A stretch of 64,000 nucleotides of DNA from the NCBI RefSeq assembly GCF_003918875.1, contig NW_025767088.1, positions 496,001 through 560,000 of the forward strand, written 5' to 3'. Every line of letters starts with the position of its first letter. Position 1 is the stretch's first letter. The notes beneath the pieces are model-generated. The model did no database searches. It saw only the letters and a list, made by a program, of their open reading frames with translations, and had not been told where the DNA came from. Below, in pieces: positions 11,326 to 24,061 of the stretch. This stretch comes from Haliotis rubra. Its lineage: Eukaryota. Both the position numbers and the translations under genes were made by a program.

Positions 11326-11788
11326 CAGGGCTCCAGATAAGATGCGTATCTGTGTAAATTACACATGGATAATTCATATATAATATATACGCATAAATAG
11401 TCAAACCAGTGCGTGAAAGATACTCATAACTTTCTCAGAATACCAGTCACATTTTGTTTACATGCATGAACCAAACCTGTCAAAATATTGCTTCAGTCCA
11501 ACACACCTGATCTTAAGATCTCGAATAGTGTTGGTTGTCTGTATTGAAGCGAATATTGTCGGGGGTTTCCGAATGATCTCCATTAATTTTTCTAATCCAC
11601 GTTTGGGGCACGATTTGTTTAAAATCTAGCCCTTAAGCAGTGTTACTATGACATTTTCAGTCCGCATCAGCAATAGTGCAGCAACCTGCGAAATACTCCT
11701 CCTTTTCTTTCCATTGTGTATTTTACTCCTCAATTTTAATTTTGAGCAGTGAAATACCCCTGAGTCAAAATAATTATCTGGAGCCATG
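11326..11788. mobile_element. hAT-like MITE (TIR cagggctccagataa)
   Basis: cagggctccagataa...ttatctggagccatg; TSD unclear. Confidence 0.65.
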
Positions 11789-12528
11789 TAAAACATCATT
11801 TGGTTTAAGGCTTATTCATAAATTAAGATAGCGATTTGGTCAAGATTTCTGTTTTAAGATATTTATGTCATTTACTGCCAGCCAGGGTACAAGGCCTGTT
11901 TTACTGTAACTTTAACTGGGAAACGGAAATGCTGTAAATATTCAGATTATTAGATTATGACAAGATATACCTGGAATATTGCTGAATGATGTATGATAAT
12001 CAATCTGTCAAATTGCCAAGTCCTGAAAAAATGTACCTGTATCTATTTTGTCTGTTTTTCTATCATGAGAGTGCACTACACGTTTTGTGTAGTTTTACAT
12101 TAGATTACATAAATGTAATATATTTTGATTCAAAATAATTTAATAAAATCAAATGTTCTAAGATAGTGTGTAGTTATTTATGATGTGGACTCGGAGATCC
12201 TGTCAACAACGACCTAATCCAAAACACGAGGTAGGACATTTCTTTACAAGATCCATTCCTGAGCCTGGCGCCATTGTTTTATTCCACCCTACACATCCAG
12301 TTTATTGCTGAAGATTGGTACCGGACTCAGAGTACATTATAGAGACCCTCATCCAAAGGCAAGAGTGTCTAGTCGTTGATATTTGTTTGTTGTTTAACAC
12401 TTCACATCAATATTCCAAATAAATGACTGTAAATAATCGAGTCTGGACCAGACAATCCAGTGATTGACATCATAAGCATCAATCTCCTGGGATCCGATAA
12501 CATGTCAACCAAGTCAGCAAATGTGTTA

Positions 12529-12710
12529 CAGTCGAACCCAAATGTCTCGAACTCGGTTGAGACGAATTCTTGGTTGTGTCGAACTCATCTCGGTCCCTGC
12601 CGATTTCCTTATATTTAGCATTATTTCTATGCTGACGGATATGTCGAACACTCGGGTAAGTTGAACTGTTCCCTTGGCCCTGACGTGTTCGACACAACAT
12701 GGTTTGACTG
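12529..12710. mobile_element. TA-TSD Tc1/mariner-type MITE inside a family B copy
   Basis: ta|cagtcgaaccca.atgtctcgaac...gttcgacacaacatggtttgactg|ta. Confidence 0.7.
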
Positions 12711-13028
12711 TAGTTGCTTTTTACAACAAGTATGGGTTGCTGAAGATCATTTCTAGCCTGGATCTTCATGGGTAGACTTTTGTATTGTATTATTGGACAC
12801 TCTGTTCTAGGGAAGTGGACCAAAGGCGGGACAACAAAGTTTCATGACTTAGGCTATGTATACAGTAAACTACGATTATACCAACTTGATGGATATAAAA
12901 TGTAAGTGTCTCATCCCAGACACTTGTAAAGTCGAAATGTGTACAATAACTACGGTTATGACGAACGATAGTCAGTGTTCCCTTTGAGTTTATTATAACC
13001 TTAGAATATTGTACTTTGTGTAAATATA

Positions 13029-13270
13029 CCTGTGAAGGTCCGGGTCAGAATGAACCTTCAGTAAACCATGCTTGTCGTAAGAGGCGACTAACAGGATCGG
13101 GTGGTCAGGCTCGCTGGCTTGGTTCATACATGTTATCGGTACCCAATTGCGCAGACTGATGCTCATGCTGTTGATCACTGGATTGTCTGGTCCAGACTCG
13201 ATTATTTACAGACCGCCGCCATATCGCTGGAATATTGCTGAGTGCGGCGTAAAACTAAACTCACTCAGTC
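13029..13270 (+). mobile_element. Family B ~240-bp retroposon (no Pol III head), full length
   Basis: Starts cctgtgaaggtccggg and ends aaactaaactcactcagtc; 15-bp TSD actttgtgtaaatat. Confidence 0.88.
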
Positions 13271-14016
13271 ACTTTGTGTAAATATGAGTTGACATTTACA
13301 TAATAAGAAATGAGAAAATTGTATTAAAATAATGTTACATTTTCAACTTCCAAGACAGAAGTTTATTTGCATCTGAAATGAAACATTTTATTCCCACATT
13401 GACTGTTACTTGTCAGCATTACCCACTCCAGGGTTAAACCGCAGGTTGCGTTCAGGTGGGTTTTTAGTAGCTTATATTTCACCTTCACTTTGGTACTTTT
13501 CATTGTTTTTAATTGTCATCATTTTTCATGTTTCATAACAGCATCCAGACAGTGTGAAGTACTAAAACAAAATGTTTTTCACCTGTTAATGACATCATCA
13601 TCCAACTTCAATGTATTGATGCTTGTCAAATGTTTCATTCCATGTACTGTGTATCTTGCATAATAAATCTAGAGTTACGTCCCTTGTCTTTGATATGCAG
13701 ACTTTACTGAACTTACCTCCCTTTGTGATTGTGGAAGAATGAAGCTTCCTAAAGAGGATGACATATTTTTCTCATATTTCTATATTTCTACTCATGTTGT
13801 AATTCAAATATGTCGTTTGTGCGTCGGCTGCTATGTCGGAGAGAGTCAATAAATGAATGTATTGAATATTTCTGTTGTCACTGTAGTTTATTCCTATCAA
13901 GCTAGATACTGATATACACACAGATCAATATTATTGTATTTGAATATCACATAAAATACATCATTTCCAATTTTTTGACACAATGTTTCTGGTGTCAGTG
14001 CTGGCAATGATGTTTG

Positions 14017-14159
14017 GTGAGTGAGTATAGTTTTACGTCACTTTTAGCAACATCATGGTGGGGGAGACCAGAAATGGGCTTCACACGTACCCATATGGGG
14101 AATCGAACCTGTGTTGTGACAAGCAAATGCTTTAACCACTAGGCTACCCCACTGCCCCT
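14017..14159 (-). mobile_element. Family A SINE with a 13-bp TSD
   Basis: Full head-to-tail copy flanked by caatgatgtttgg on both sides. Confidence 0.85.
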
Positions 14160-15182
14160 CAATGATGTTTGGGAAAAGTCAAGACTCTATTTATGGGTTT
14201 AACACATACAGTATCTATATTTAGGAGAGTCCCTTGAAGACCTGGGTTTGAATTGATCTTCCCATGCTTGTCATAAGAGGAGACTAACAGGATCAAGGAT
14301 CAGACTTACTGACCAATTTTGTTGATTGATGCTCATGATGTCAATCACTGGATTGTCTGGTCCAGACCTGGGGCTCCTCTCTTGAAGCAACCTTTACTAA
14401 AGTTAACCTTAACTCCCATTCTTTAACATTGCACTAAGGTTACCTTAGTGACTTACGATCACCTTAGTGCTTCGTGAAAGGGGCCCCAGATTATTTAAGG
14501 ACTGAATCATATAGCTGGAATATTAGGAGTGCAACGTTTAACAAAGTAAAAGAACACTCACTCACCCACTCTCTCACTCACTCACTCACTCAACTGTCCT
14601 CAACCCCCCTGCAGTCATCTCTCCATCTATGGCAAACCTGTCCCCTCAGTGAGCATATGGTTCCTGTTCACTAATAAGCAATAATTTAGTTTGTATAATT
14701 TCATTTGTAATATTTGTAAATTTATACAGTGACTTAAAAAAAGTGATAATAAAATGTATAGTCCCTCTGCTCCTCACTGGAATGTCAGTGCAAAAGAATA
14801 TCACCAGAAACAAATTTGTTTGGTTAATGTATAATTTATGAATGGGTCACTTTGTAATGACACCAGGTGTTTGTAAATAAGCATATAAGTAAGCTTTAGT
14901 TTTTTCAGTGTATCTCTGAAAAGTGTGTCATCTGCAAGCCGAGCGATAGCCATCCAGTATCAATTAATCAGCTGTCAATCACCAACAGACCTGAGCAGTG
15001 GAAGAGGGTATTCAACATGTTCAATGGAGAGTTCAAAGAAAACTAACCTACTTTTGTGCAAAAGTTTTACACTGTCCCATATAGTATGCTGTGAAAAGTT
15101 TGAGGCACAAAGACCAGTTGTTGGTGCTTGTTTCTCTAACGCTGCTAAAGCCCCCAAAGCAATTTATTTGCAGGGTTGTTGG

Positions 15183-17140
15183 CTGGTTTATATCTTGTTA
15201 ACTTATCCTTCCAGGATGGTTTATATCTTGTTAACTTATCCTTCCAGGATGGTTTATATCTTGTTAACTTATCCTTCCAGGATGGTTTATATCTTGTTAA
15301 CTTATCCTTCCAGGATGGTTTATAACTTGTTAACTTATCCTTCCAGGATGGTTTATATCTTGTTAACTTATCCTTCCTTGTTAGGATGGTTTGTATCTTG
15401 TTAACTTATCCTTCCAGGATGGTTTATATCTTGTTAACTTATCCTTCCAGGATGGTTTATATCTTGTTAACTTATCCTTCCAGGATGGTTTATATCTTGT
15501 TAACTTATCCTTCCAGGATGGTTTATGTCTTGTTAACTTATCCTTCCAGGATGGTTTATATCTTGTTAACTTATCCTTCCAGGATGGTTTATATCTTGTT
15601 AACTTATCCTTCCAGGATGGTTTATATCTTGTTAACTTATCCTTCCAGGATGGTTTATATCTTGTTAACTTATCCTTCCAGGATGGTTTATATCTTGTTA
15701 ACTTATCCTTCCAGGATGGTTTATATCTTGTTAACTTATCCTTCCAGGATGGTTTATATCTTGTTAACTTATCCTTCCAGGATGGTTTATACTTATCCTT
15801 CCAGGATGGTTTGTATCTTGTTAACTTATCCTTCCAGGATGGTTTTATATCTTGTTAACTCTATCCTTCCAGGATGGTTTATATCTTGTTAACTTATCCT
15901 TCCAGGATGGTTTGTATCTCTTGTTAACTTATCCTTCCAGGATGGTTTATATCTTGTTAACTTATCCTTCCAGGATGGTTTATATCTTGTTAACTTATCC
16001 TTCCCTTCCAGGATGGTTTTATATCTTGTTAACTTATCCTCCCATCTTGTTAGCTTCCAGGATGGTTTGTCTTAGATCTTCCTTCCAGGATTTTATAACT
16101 TATCCCTCCCAGGATGGTTTATATCTTGTTAACTTATCCTTCCAGGATGGTTTATATATCTTGTTAACTTATCCTTCCAGGATGGTTTGTATCTTGTTAA
16201 CTTATCCTTGGTTTTATATATCCTTAGGATGGTTTATATCTTGTTAACTTATCCTTCCAGGATGGTTTATATCTTGTTAACTTATCCTTCCAGGATGGTT
16301 TATATCTTGTTAACTTATCCTTCCAGGATGGTTTATATCTTGTTAACTTATCCTTCCAGGGATGGTTTATATCTTGTTAACTTATCCTTCCAGGATGGTT
16401 TATATCTTGTTAACTTATCCTCCCAGGATGGTTTATATCTTGTTAACTTATCTTCCAGGATGGTTTATATCTTGTTAACTTATCCTTCCAGGATGGTTTA
16501 TCCTTCCTTGTTAACTTATCCTTCCAGGATGGTTTATATCTTGGTTTTAGGATGGTTTATATCTTGTTAACTTATCCTTCCAGGATGGTTTAACTTCCTT
16601 CAGGATGGTTTTATAATATCCTTCCAGGATGGTTTATATCTTGTTAACTTATCCTTCCAGGATGGTTTATATCTTGTTAACTTATCCTTCCAGGATGGTT
16701 TATATCTTGTTAACTTATCCTTCCAGGATGGTTTATATCTTGTTAACTTATCCTTCCAGGATGGTTTATATCTTGTTAACTTATCCTTCCAGGATGGTTT
16801 TATATCTTGTTAACTTATCCTTTTAGGATGGTTTATATCTTGTTAACTTATCCTTCCAGGATGGTTTATATCTTGTTAACTTATCCTTCCAGGATGGTTT
16901 ATATCTTGTTAACTTATCCTTCCAGGATGGTTTATGTCTCTTGTTAACTTATCCTTCCAGGATGGTTTATATCTTGTTAACTTATCCTTCCAGGATGGTT
17001 TATATCTTGTTAACTTATCCTTCTTATCCTTCAGGATGGTTTATGGTTGGTTTATATCTTGTTAACTTATCCTTCCAGGATTATATCTTGTTAACTTATC
17101 CTTCCAGGCTGGTTTATGTCTTGCTAACTTATCCTTCCAA
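15183..17140. repeat. 33-bp minisatellite (ggatggtttatatcttgttaacttatccttcca)n, ~2 kb
   Basis: Directly visible tandem array. Confidence 0.97.
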
Positions 17141-17217
17141 TGGTTGTTTGCTCATTACATGAATCATTGGATTGTGTGGTTCAAACTTGATGATTTACAG
17201 ACCGCTATCATAATATA

Positions 17218-17830
17218 TATAATAATGATGTATTTATAAAGCGCCTAATATCCACCGTAGAGACGCTCAGTGGCGCTGTGACAATATTAGGGAAGGAAAT
17301 AGTTCATATAACTTTTACAGAAAGGCAGCAGTGAACAGATGGGTCTTTAGCAGAGATTTAAAAGTTTCTTTCGATGAAGTGTTCCTGATTTCTGATTTCC
17401 TTAGGAAGAGAGTCTCCACAGACAGTTGGTTTGGAGATATCTGGCAGAAGGAGAAGGATCGGAGACTTTGCTGGTCAGACAGTTGGTTTGGAGATATGAG
17501 TCAGAATGGGTGAGGAGAGAGTCAGAGTGAGGATTGGTGACTTTAGCTGGGGAGAATACATACACATAGACAAGTTGTTTGCAATATATTGTCAACAAAA
17601 AACTACTTATAATCGAAGTTAATGCTTGATTTATAAAGCAAAAACACAACAAAATCACCATGCTAGAGGCTTAGTCATGTAGTCAGAATGAGGAACATTT
17701 TGAAGGAAGCCAGCATGTGAAAATACCGGTTTCGACGATCAGCGTATATGTCTGAACCGTATATACCGGCCAGTGTTAGAGACTGTACTGGTGTGATATG
17801 GTCATGACGAGGAGTGTGGCCGGATACATC
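17218..17830 (-). mobile_element. Degraded L2-like LINE 3' fragment
   Basis: The minus strand encodes RHDHITPV near 17810 and FKSLLKTHLF near 17333-17362. Tail is aggcgctttataaatacatcattatt. Confidence 0.6.
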
Positions 17831-17861
17831 TGGCAGCTGAATTTTGGATTCATTGTAGTTT

Positions 17862-17973
17862 CAGGGCTCACTTGCACAAAGCGATCTTAGCTCTACAATG
17901 ATTGTAACTCCCATTCTCCAACATAGGCTTAAGATAGTCGAGCGCTAAGATCGCTTTGTGCAAGTGGGCCCTG
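17862..17973. mobile_element. Short palindromic MITE; a relative lies at ~14370-14488
   Basis: cagggctcacttgcacaaagcgatcttagc...gctaagatcgctttgtgcaagtgggccctg. Confidence 0.7.
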
Positions 17974-18278
17974 GAGTGATTTAGTGGCGAGGTTGGCATG
18001 TTGCTGGAACATTGCTGAGTTTTACATAAACAGCATGCAAAAAAACATGACATCAAACTGTGATCACGATTATATGACAGTTGAAGTATGTTTTGACCCA
18101 TATGTTGTCTTAGGTAGCACAAATCACTCTGCTTCTCTTAATCTACTTATTCTGAGTTGAACTCCATGGTGCCATTCTATAGCTGAACCAGTTCATAGTG
18201 ACATAAAACTTATATTTTATAAGTATTCAATGCCATATTTTGTGTTTTCTTCTTTCAGATCCATAATCAACAGAAGCC

Positions 18279-20150
18279 ATGGAAAAGCAAATCTCAGACC
18301 GGTTCTTCATCTCCTTTGTGGAGAGTATTCAAGATGTGTGTCGCAACTACCTCCAGTTCAGTCAGTTTGTTGAGGTCAGTGGCTATGTATGGGTGGAGAT
18401 CGACAATCTGAAGAAGGAGAGATATGTCCTCAGTGAACTGCTACAGAGCAGTGGTAATGTGGTCAGTGAGAGCTGCTGTATGAAGGCACTCCAGTCCACA
18501 AGGCTACCATCTCACACTACCAAGGTGAACCCAGGCCCAGCCGTTTCCTTCCAGACACAGAATACTCCATCAGCACCAGCACCAGTACCACCAGATGGTC
18601 ATGCCCAGTTCCACAGAGGGATGGAAGGCAGCTGTAGTAATGAGAAAAGACAGCATTCGTGGATTCAGGCATCTGATGGTCGTCCATGTGAGAAGATTAG
18701 GAGGCCGAGTGAAGTGATTGAGATCTGTGACAATGATGAAGCCCAATCATGGCCCGTCAAAAATGAAGTCCCATCAAGTCATTCTGAATTTTATGCAACC
18801 TCCTCACAGACACAGAACTTTAATGAAAGACCAGCAACATCCTCACATTATGCAAGAGGTAGCATCACTCCTGCGAGGCAAACAGTTGCTCCAAATGTCA
18901 CTGTTAGAAGGTACAGTGGTAGTGGTCAGATGAATGTTCAAGGTCCATCATCAACAGTGGCCAGCAACCAAGAATATTATCCAGATGACTCCATGACTGG
19001 GTCAGGTTTTGCTTCAGAAATCCAACAGTCTTATTTTGGAAGTCCACCAGATGGCAGTAATTACATGTCCCAGGAACCGGACCTCACAGCCAACCTCTTG
19101 ATGCCAGATACAGAGGACCTCCTCAACTTCCCCCAAGATTCTTCCAGGGATGACAAGAAGAGAGTGAAGCTGGAGGTGTTCAGTTCCTCATCCAGCACAA
19201 TAGACGATGATGAGATCATTGATCTGGATCTGTTTGAGGATGTCCTTGAGGACATTCAACCATCAACCGAATATCAAGACTCAGGTGAATTTCAAGACGC
19301 AACTTCGCCTGGGTCTAAGTCTGATGAAAGTGCAGGTAGAAAGCAATGTGCAATAAGCCCGGGATCTGCACAGGTTATTAAATCTGCTGTTAAGCAATTC
19401 CAAAGATACTGCCTTGAGAAGTATGACCGGGAAATAAATATGTTTTCTTTATCACACAACCAGCTTGACGCTGTGCTCTTGGATTTCTTCAAAGGGGCAA
19501 GAAAGAAGAGGGAAGGGGAGTTTTCTTCCCGTTCTCTCAAGAATGTACAGATCCATTTAGACATGTATCTAAGGGATGGTGGTTATCCATATTCTATATC
19601 AAAAGATGAAGAGTTTCAGTCGTCAAGAGATTTCATCAAGTCCAAGCTTGATGAGATGGGGAAATATGTGAAAAGTCACAAGCATGTTCCTGTTGATGAT
19701 TCCGATATTGAACAATTGTTTCGAACGAGTCAGTTTGGTGTACATTGTCCGGAAGCCATTGTGAATTCAATGTGGTTCTTAAACTCAAAGTATTTTGCTG
19801 TAAGACGTCCGCTGGATCATTTCAACATGAAGTGGGGTGACATTTCTCTGAAAACAAGCAATGATGGAAGGCAGTATGTAGAACGTAGAATAAATGATAC
19901 CTTTTCTCTCAAGGTTTTTGCCAAACCACAGTGTCCAAACAGATGTTTTGTCAACATCTACAAACAGTACTTTTACAGAAGACCCCAAGAGACTTTGGAT
20001 ATGGAATCTCCATTTTACCTATCCTTTTGTAGAAGAGCCACATCTGATTTGTGGTTTGTGACGGAACAGATGACCTGGTCTCGAATTGCAGGCATGTGGC
20101 GAAAACTGGTCTTGGCAGCTGGTCTGTCTACAAACAAAAAGATAATGTGA
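18279..20150 (+). CDS. Paralogue 2 (623 aa): conserved N-terminal domain plus Crypton/DUF3504-like domain
   Basis: Open ORF with GCC-ATG-G context, after acceptor ttttcttctttcAG ending 18258. It aligns by eye with 3305-6046 at both ends (LKNVQIHLDMYLRD, MWFLNSKY, SLKVFAK.Q.P.RCFVN.YK.Y, ESPFYL/ESSPFYL, GL..NKK). Confidence 0.88.
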   Translation: MEKQISDRFFISFVESIQDVCRNYLQFSQFVEVSGYVWVEIDNLKKERYVLSELLQSSGNVVSESCCMKALQSTRLPSHTTKVNPGPAVSFQTQNTPSAPAPVPPDGHAQFHRGMEGSCSNEKRQHSWIQASDGRPCEKIRRPSEVIEICDNDEAQSWPVKNEVPSSHSEFYATSSQTQNFNERPATSSHYARGSITPARQTVAPNVTVRRYSGSGQMNVQGPSSTVASNQEYYPDDSMTGSGFASEIQQSYFGSPPDGSNYMSQEPDLTANLLMPDTEDLLNFPQDSSRDDKKRVKLEVFSSSSSTIDDDEIIDLDLFEDVLEDIQPSTEYQDSGEFQDATSPGSKSDESAGRKQCAISPGSAQVIKSAVKQFQRYCLEKYDREINMFSLSHNQLDAVLLDFFKGARKKREGEFSSRSLKNVQIHLDMYLRDGGYPYSISKDEEFQSSRDFIKSKLDEMGKYVKSHKHVPVDDSDIEQLFRTSQFGVHCPEAIVNSMWFLNSKYFAVRRPLDHFNMKWGDISLKTSNDGRQYVERRINDTFSLKVFAKPQCPNRCFVNIYKQYFYRRPQETLDMESPFYLSFCRRATSDLWFVTEQMTWSRIAGMWRKLVLAAGLSTNKKIM

Positions 20151-20805
20151 TTATGAAGTCATTTAATCAAAATTCAAATCAACACATAAATCGAAACCAT
20201 TGAGATTCCACGTTAGAATTTGTTCACAGCAACTTATGCTGGTCGTAAGAGGCATTTCAATTTTAATGGAACTGGTATTCAGGGTGCGTGACTTGGTTGA
20301 TTGTCAATCACTGGATTGTCTAATCCAGACTTGATTTTTTACATATTCATGTTTGAGGTTTGGAGTTCATTGGAAAAGTATCCTTTTTCAACATGTTTTA
20401 TACCATAATAACATGTAATAACGTGACCAAGGTCAGTCACTTTGTTGGTGCTTGTTTATGTTACCTGAATTCCAATTGATTGTGTTGTTTTTTCTGTTAT
20501 TACAAGTGCAATGCTCAATTTAATGTTCATATTTTGCCAAAACAATTAGTAGTAGTTGATTTCATGCATAATACATTGATAATATTTAGTTCTATTGCTT
20601 TTCGTTGATACAACGGCTCAGTTGAATTACAATCAAATCTTAGTTGTGTCTGCCACAGAGATCTGAGACATGCCATTACAGAACAATCCAACATATCAAA
20701 ATGTCGCTTGTCTCAACAGGAAAGTGACAGTTGGAATATGTTTTCTAATCATGCAACCTCATAAATGTTAACATGGAGTGTTCCAAATGACTACGACCGG
20801 TTCTG

Positions 20806-20837
<32 letters not shown>

Positions 20838-23341
20838 TATCGCTCACTTCAGTTGGATAAACGTTTGAAACCGGAGAAACCTGTCACAGCCCATTGTAAA
20901 GTACTGCCGTTCAATCTAGGGCATCAAATGGACATCCCTGAATTTTCATCAAACAAAGAACTTTGTCCAACTATTTTTCAAAGTAGAGTTTGGAATTTCA
21001 GTTACTAGTTTGAAACATGTGCCATTAAACTCAAGATAGCTGTTTTCTGATAGTCAAATGTCCACTTCTGGTTAGTAATTTCAGTGTTCAGTCAAAGTTT
21101 GCAAAAGATTGTTCTGATGACATCCTGTCAACAGCGGCCAGAATAAAATGAGCTAAGCTTGTACCACAAATATTTGTGTTCCCTTGAAAGAAATACTTTC
21201 TGGTTAAAATTTACCTGCTGTTTGATGACAGGCATCTGGTGTAGAATAGACAGAGCTATATTATAGAGGAACATAACACCTAGTGTGTATTATATAACTG
21301 TATTTGTCATAATAAGTGCTCCTGGCACTAAGAAAAATGATGAAGGGAGCATTTATTACAGCAACACACTAGTTACATTAGTCCTCTGGGATTGAGAAGT
21401 AGAAAACTGACTTAGTTCAAACATTGATGAAACTGAATATTTCATCATCTAGTAATATTTCAGGAATAGTGTGGGACACTTTACATACACATGTAATCCA
21501 GTTTACTTATTTAAAAATGTTAAAATTTTAAAAATATGAATGGATCCCAGAAAAAAAGTTTAATTTCAACCTGTGCGATGCAGACTTGCCCAGTATTGAG
21601 CTGTATTCACTGTTTAACTTATTCTTTAGAGTCTGGGTGCTGGAGCAATCCAGACATGCCACATCATTCTAGACTTGACCTGGATTCAGTATTGTTTCAT
21701 GCTTTAGGCTGTGAGCACTGCAATGAATATGTGTCGTCATTTTGTCATTATGTCTGTTGTTTTCCTAACAACTTGTTGAGACTTCGCTAGTTTCTTTGTT
21801 CACAGGTAATCATCAGTTTGTTATCATCTTGTTATCAGTTTGTTTGTACAGCATGGTAAAAACATATAATTTTTTAACATAATTGATCATGTTTTAGTTT
21901 TGTGTTTTAAGTAGTTAGAAAGGGGTACAGATAATATTTTTATCATATTATTCAAATATGCTGCTTATCTGGATCTCTGCTCCGAACATCTTGTTATGAA
22001 ACAAAACTAAAACTTTCATAACTGTGTATAGTAAAACAGACTCCATATCTGATGTATTTTTTCACCCTAAAATGGCTTCCACAGGAGACTGACTGACTGA
22101 CTGAGTTCCAGCAACATCACGGCAGGGGACACCAGAAATGCCACAGGAGACAATTCATTATGTACTTTAGTGTGAAAGACTGATATTTCTGAGTTTGAGA
22201 AGAGTGAGTGAGTGAGTTTAGTTTTACGCAGCTTTTAGCAATATTCCCGCAATACCACAGTGGCTGGACACCAGAAATGGGCTTCGAGTTTGAGAAAAGT
22301 GATAAAGCAACGTGTAGTGACTTCACTAGGTACTTTGCAGTCAACCATTTTGTACAAGATCATTGGACCAATTGAGCTTGTAATATATTTGATCATGTTT
22401 TTGTTTTGTGTTTAAGTAGTTATGTTGATATTTAGAATTTTTTTTGTCAAAATATCAGGATTTTCATGTCATTTGATAACAGATATACCATATTTCATGA
22501 GACACAGGGAATTTCCTCAATTTCTTTGAGTTTGAAAAAAATGATATTTTCACTGCCGTGACCGAAATTTGATATGGTCATTAATGACAATACAGAGATA
22601 GCTATTGGTGCAAATATTTGTTATCATGATGTTTAGTTTTTTATTTTCGAGTACCAAACAATTTCCTATCTGTGTGCCTGAACAAAGAAGTGAACAATCT
22701 GTGGTTTGCAGTCGGGAGAATTTAGATTTCGTTTATCAAATTGTTTGGGATTAGTATTGTTTAAATTTAATAAAACAAACAATGGAAATGTGTAATAAAT
22801 ACAATATTTCATGTGTCTAGAGAATAACATCTATATATGCTGGTATTTATCGTTAGATTGTGATATATCACTAGTGAATAGCATGCATTGATAGACCATC
22901 ATCAATAACCTTGACATCAAATGATATCACTCATCTCTCGGCCTCTGATGCTGGTTAGCTCTCATTTGTACATTTACAACTCTGGTTGTTGCTGTTTTCA
23001 AGCTGAAAAAAAGGAAGAAAGACAAACACAGTCTTTCCCTTAAGTGGTAATAAACATATCAACATTTTGCTGTCTGAGAATGATTTCCTTCCACATTATG
23101 TTTTACAACTTAGAGAGAACAGACTTTTGTAAACATTGGACTTTTAAATAAAAAACCTTATATGACTTAAGTGTGTGTTTTAACATTGGATTGACACAAT
23201 GGCTAGTGGTCACGCAATGAAATCTCCCACAAATGAATTGAAGGCCATCAACTTTTTATGACTCTTTGATAATCCAGAAACATGTTCTTCTTCATCTGTA
23301 TAGATGAGCAAAGTCTATGTTCCAACTTCCTCGCCCTATGT

Positions 23342-23629
23342 CAGTGTATGAAACTCCACAACATTTCAGCCAGACCACAGGGCTGGTTAGATGTAAAACT
23401 TGCCAGCCCTGACCAAAACTTACCTGCCCACAAAAATACTAATTTACTTATTTACTCTATTTTTACGAGTGAATTAATAATGATTTATTATCCGGAAATC
23501 TGATGAATATCTTTATATACATGTCTAAATTTTAACCCGGCCGTCGGGCTGATGGATTTGAGAATCTGGCAGTCCGTGTTGAAAATAACCCGTCCCGGGC
23601 GGTGGGGCAGGCGGGTATTTCGAACGCTG
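23342..23629. mobile_element. Related MITE with a 7-bp TSD
   Basis: Ends cagtgtatgaaa...tttcgaacgctg; flanks are CCTATGT / CCTGTGT. Confidence 0.7.
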
Positions 23630-24061
23630 CCTGTGTGTTAGAATTGGCCTTCAGCAACCCATGCTTGTGGTGAGAGGCGACTAACGGGATCGGTGGTCAG
23701 GCTCTCTGACTTGGTAGACACATGCCGTCGTATCCCAATTGCGTAGATCGCTGCTCATGTTGTTGATCACTGGATTGTCTGGTCCAGACTTGATTATTGA
23801 CAGATCGCTGCCATATAGCTGGGATATTGCTGAGGGCTGCATTAAACAACAAACCACAATACAAGATGCTGTCTTTCAGGGTCTTCCTCAGATAAAAAAC
23901 AAGTATAACACCCGGTATTTCATTATCACCACTTCCGCAGGCCAAAGGAATAGTATAGGAATTTCAATTAAAACGACAGTTAGTAGATCAATCAGGTCCA
24001 TGCTAAATACCTGTCCTATCACTGCAGGAATTAAAGACACTTTGGGACACTATCACATTAA

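Noticed and set aside
14925-17162. Multiple ORFs with (YILLTYPSRMV)n
   Set aside because: By-product of a 33-bp minisatellite whose unit length is divisible by 3; frequent frameshifts.
3305-20150. Active Crypton transposons
   Set aside because: Catalytic HxxR/Y are absent, the ORFs carry a host-like N-terminal domain and long linkers, and no element boundaries are visible.
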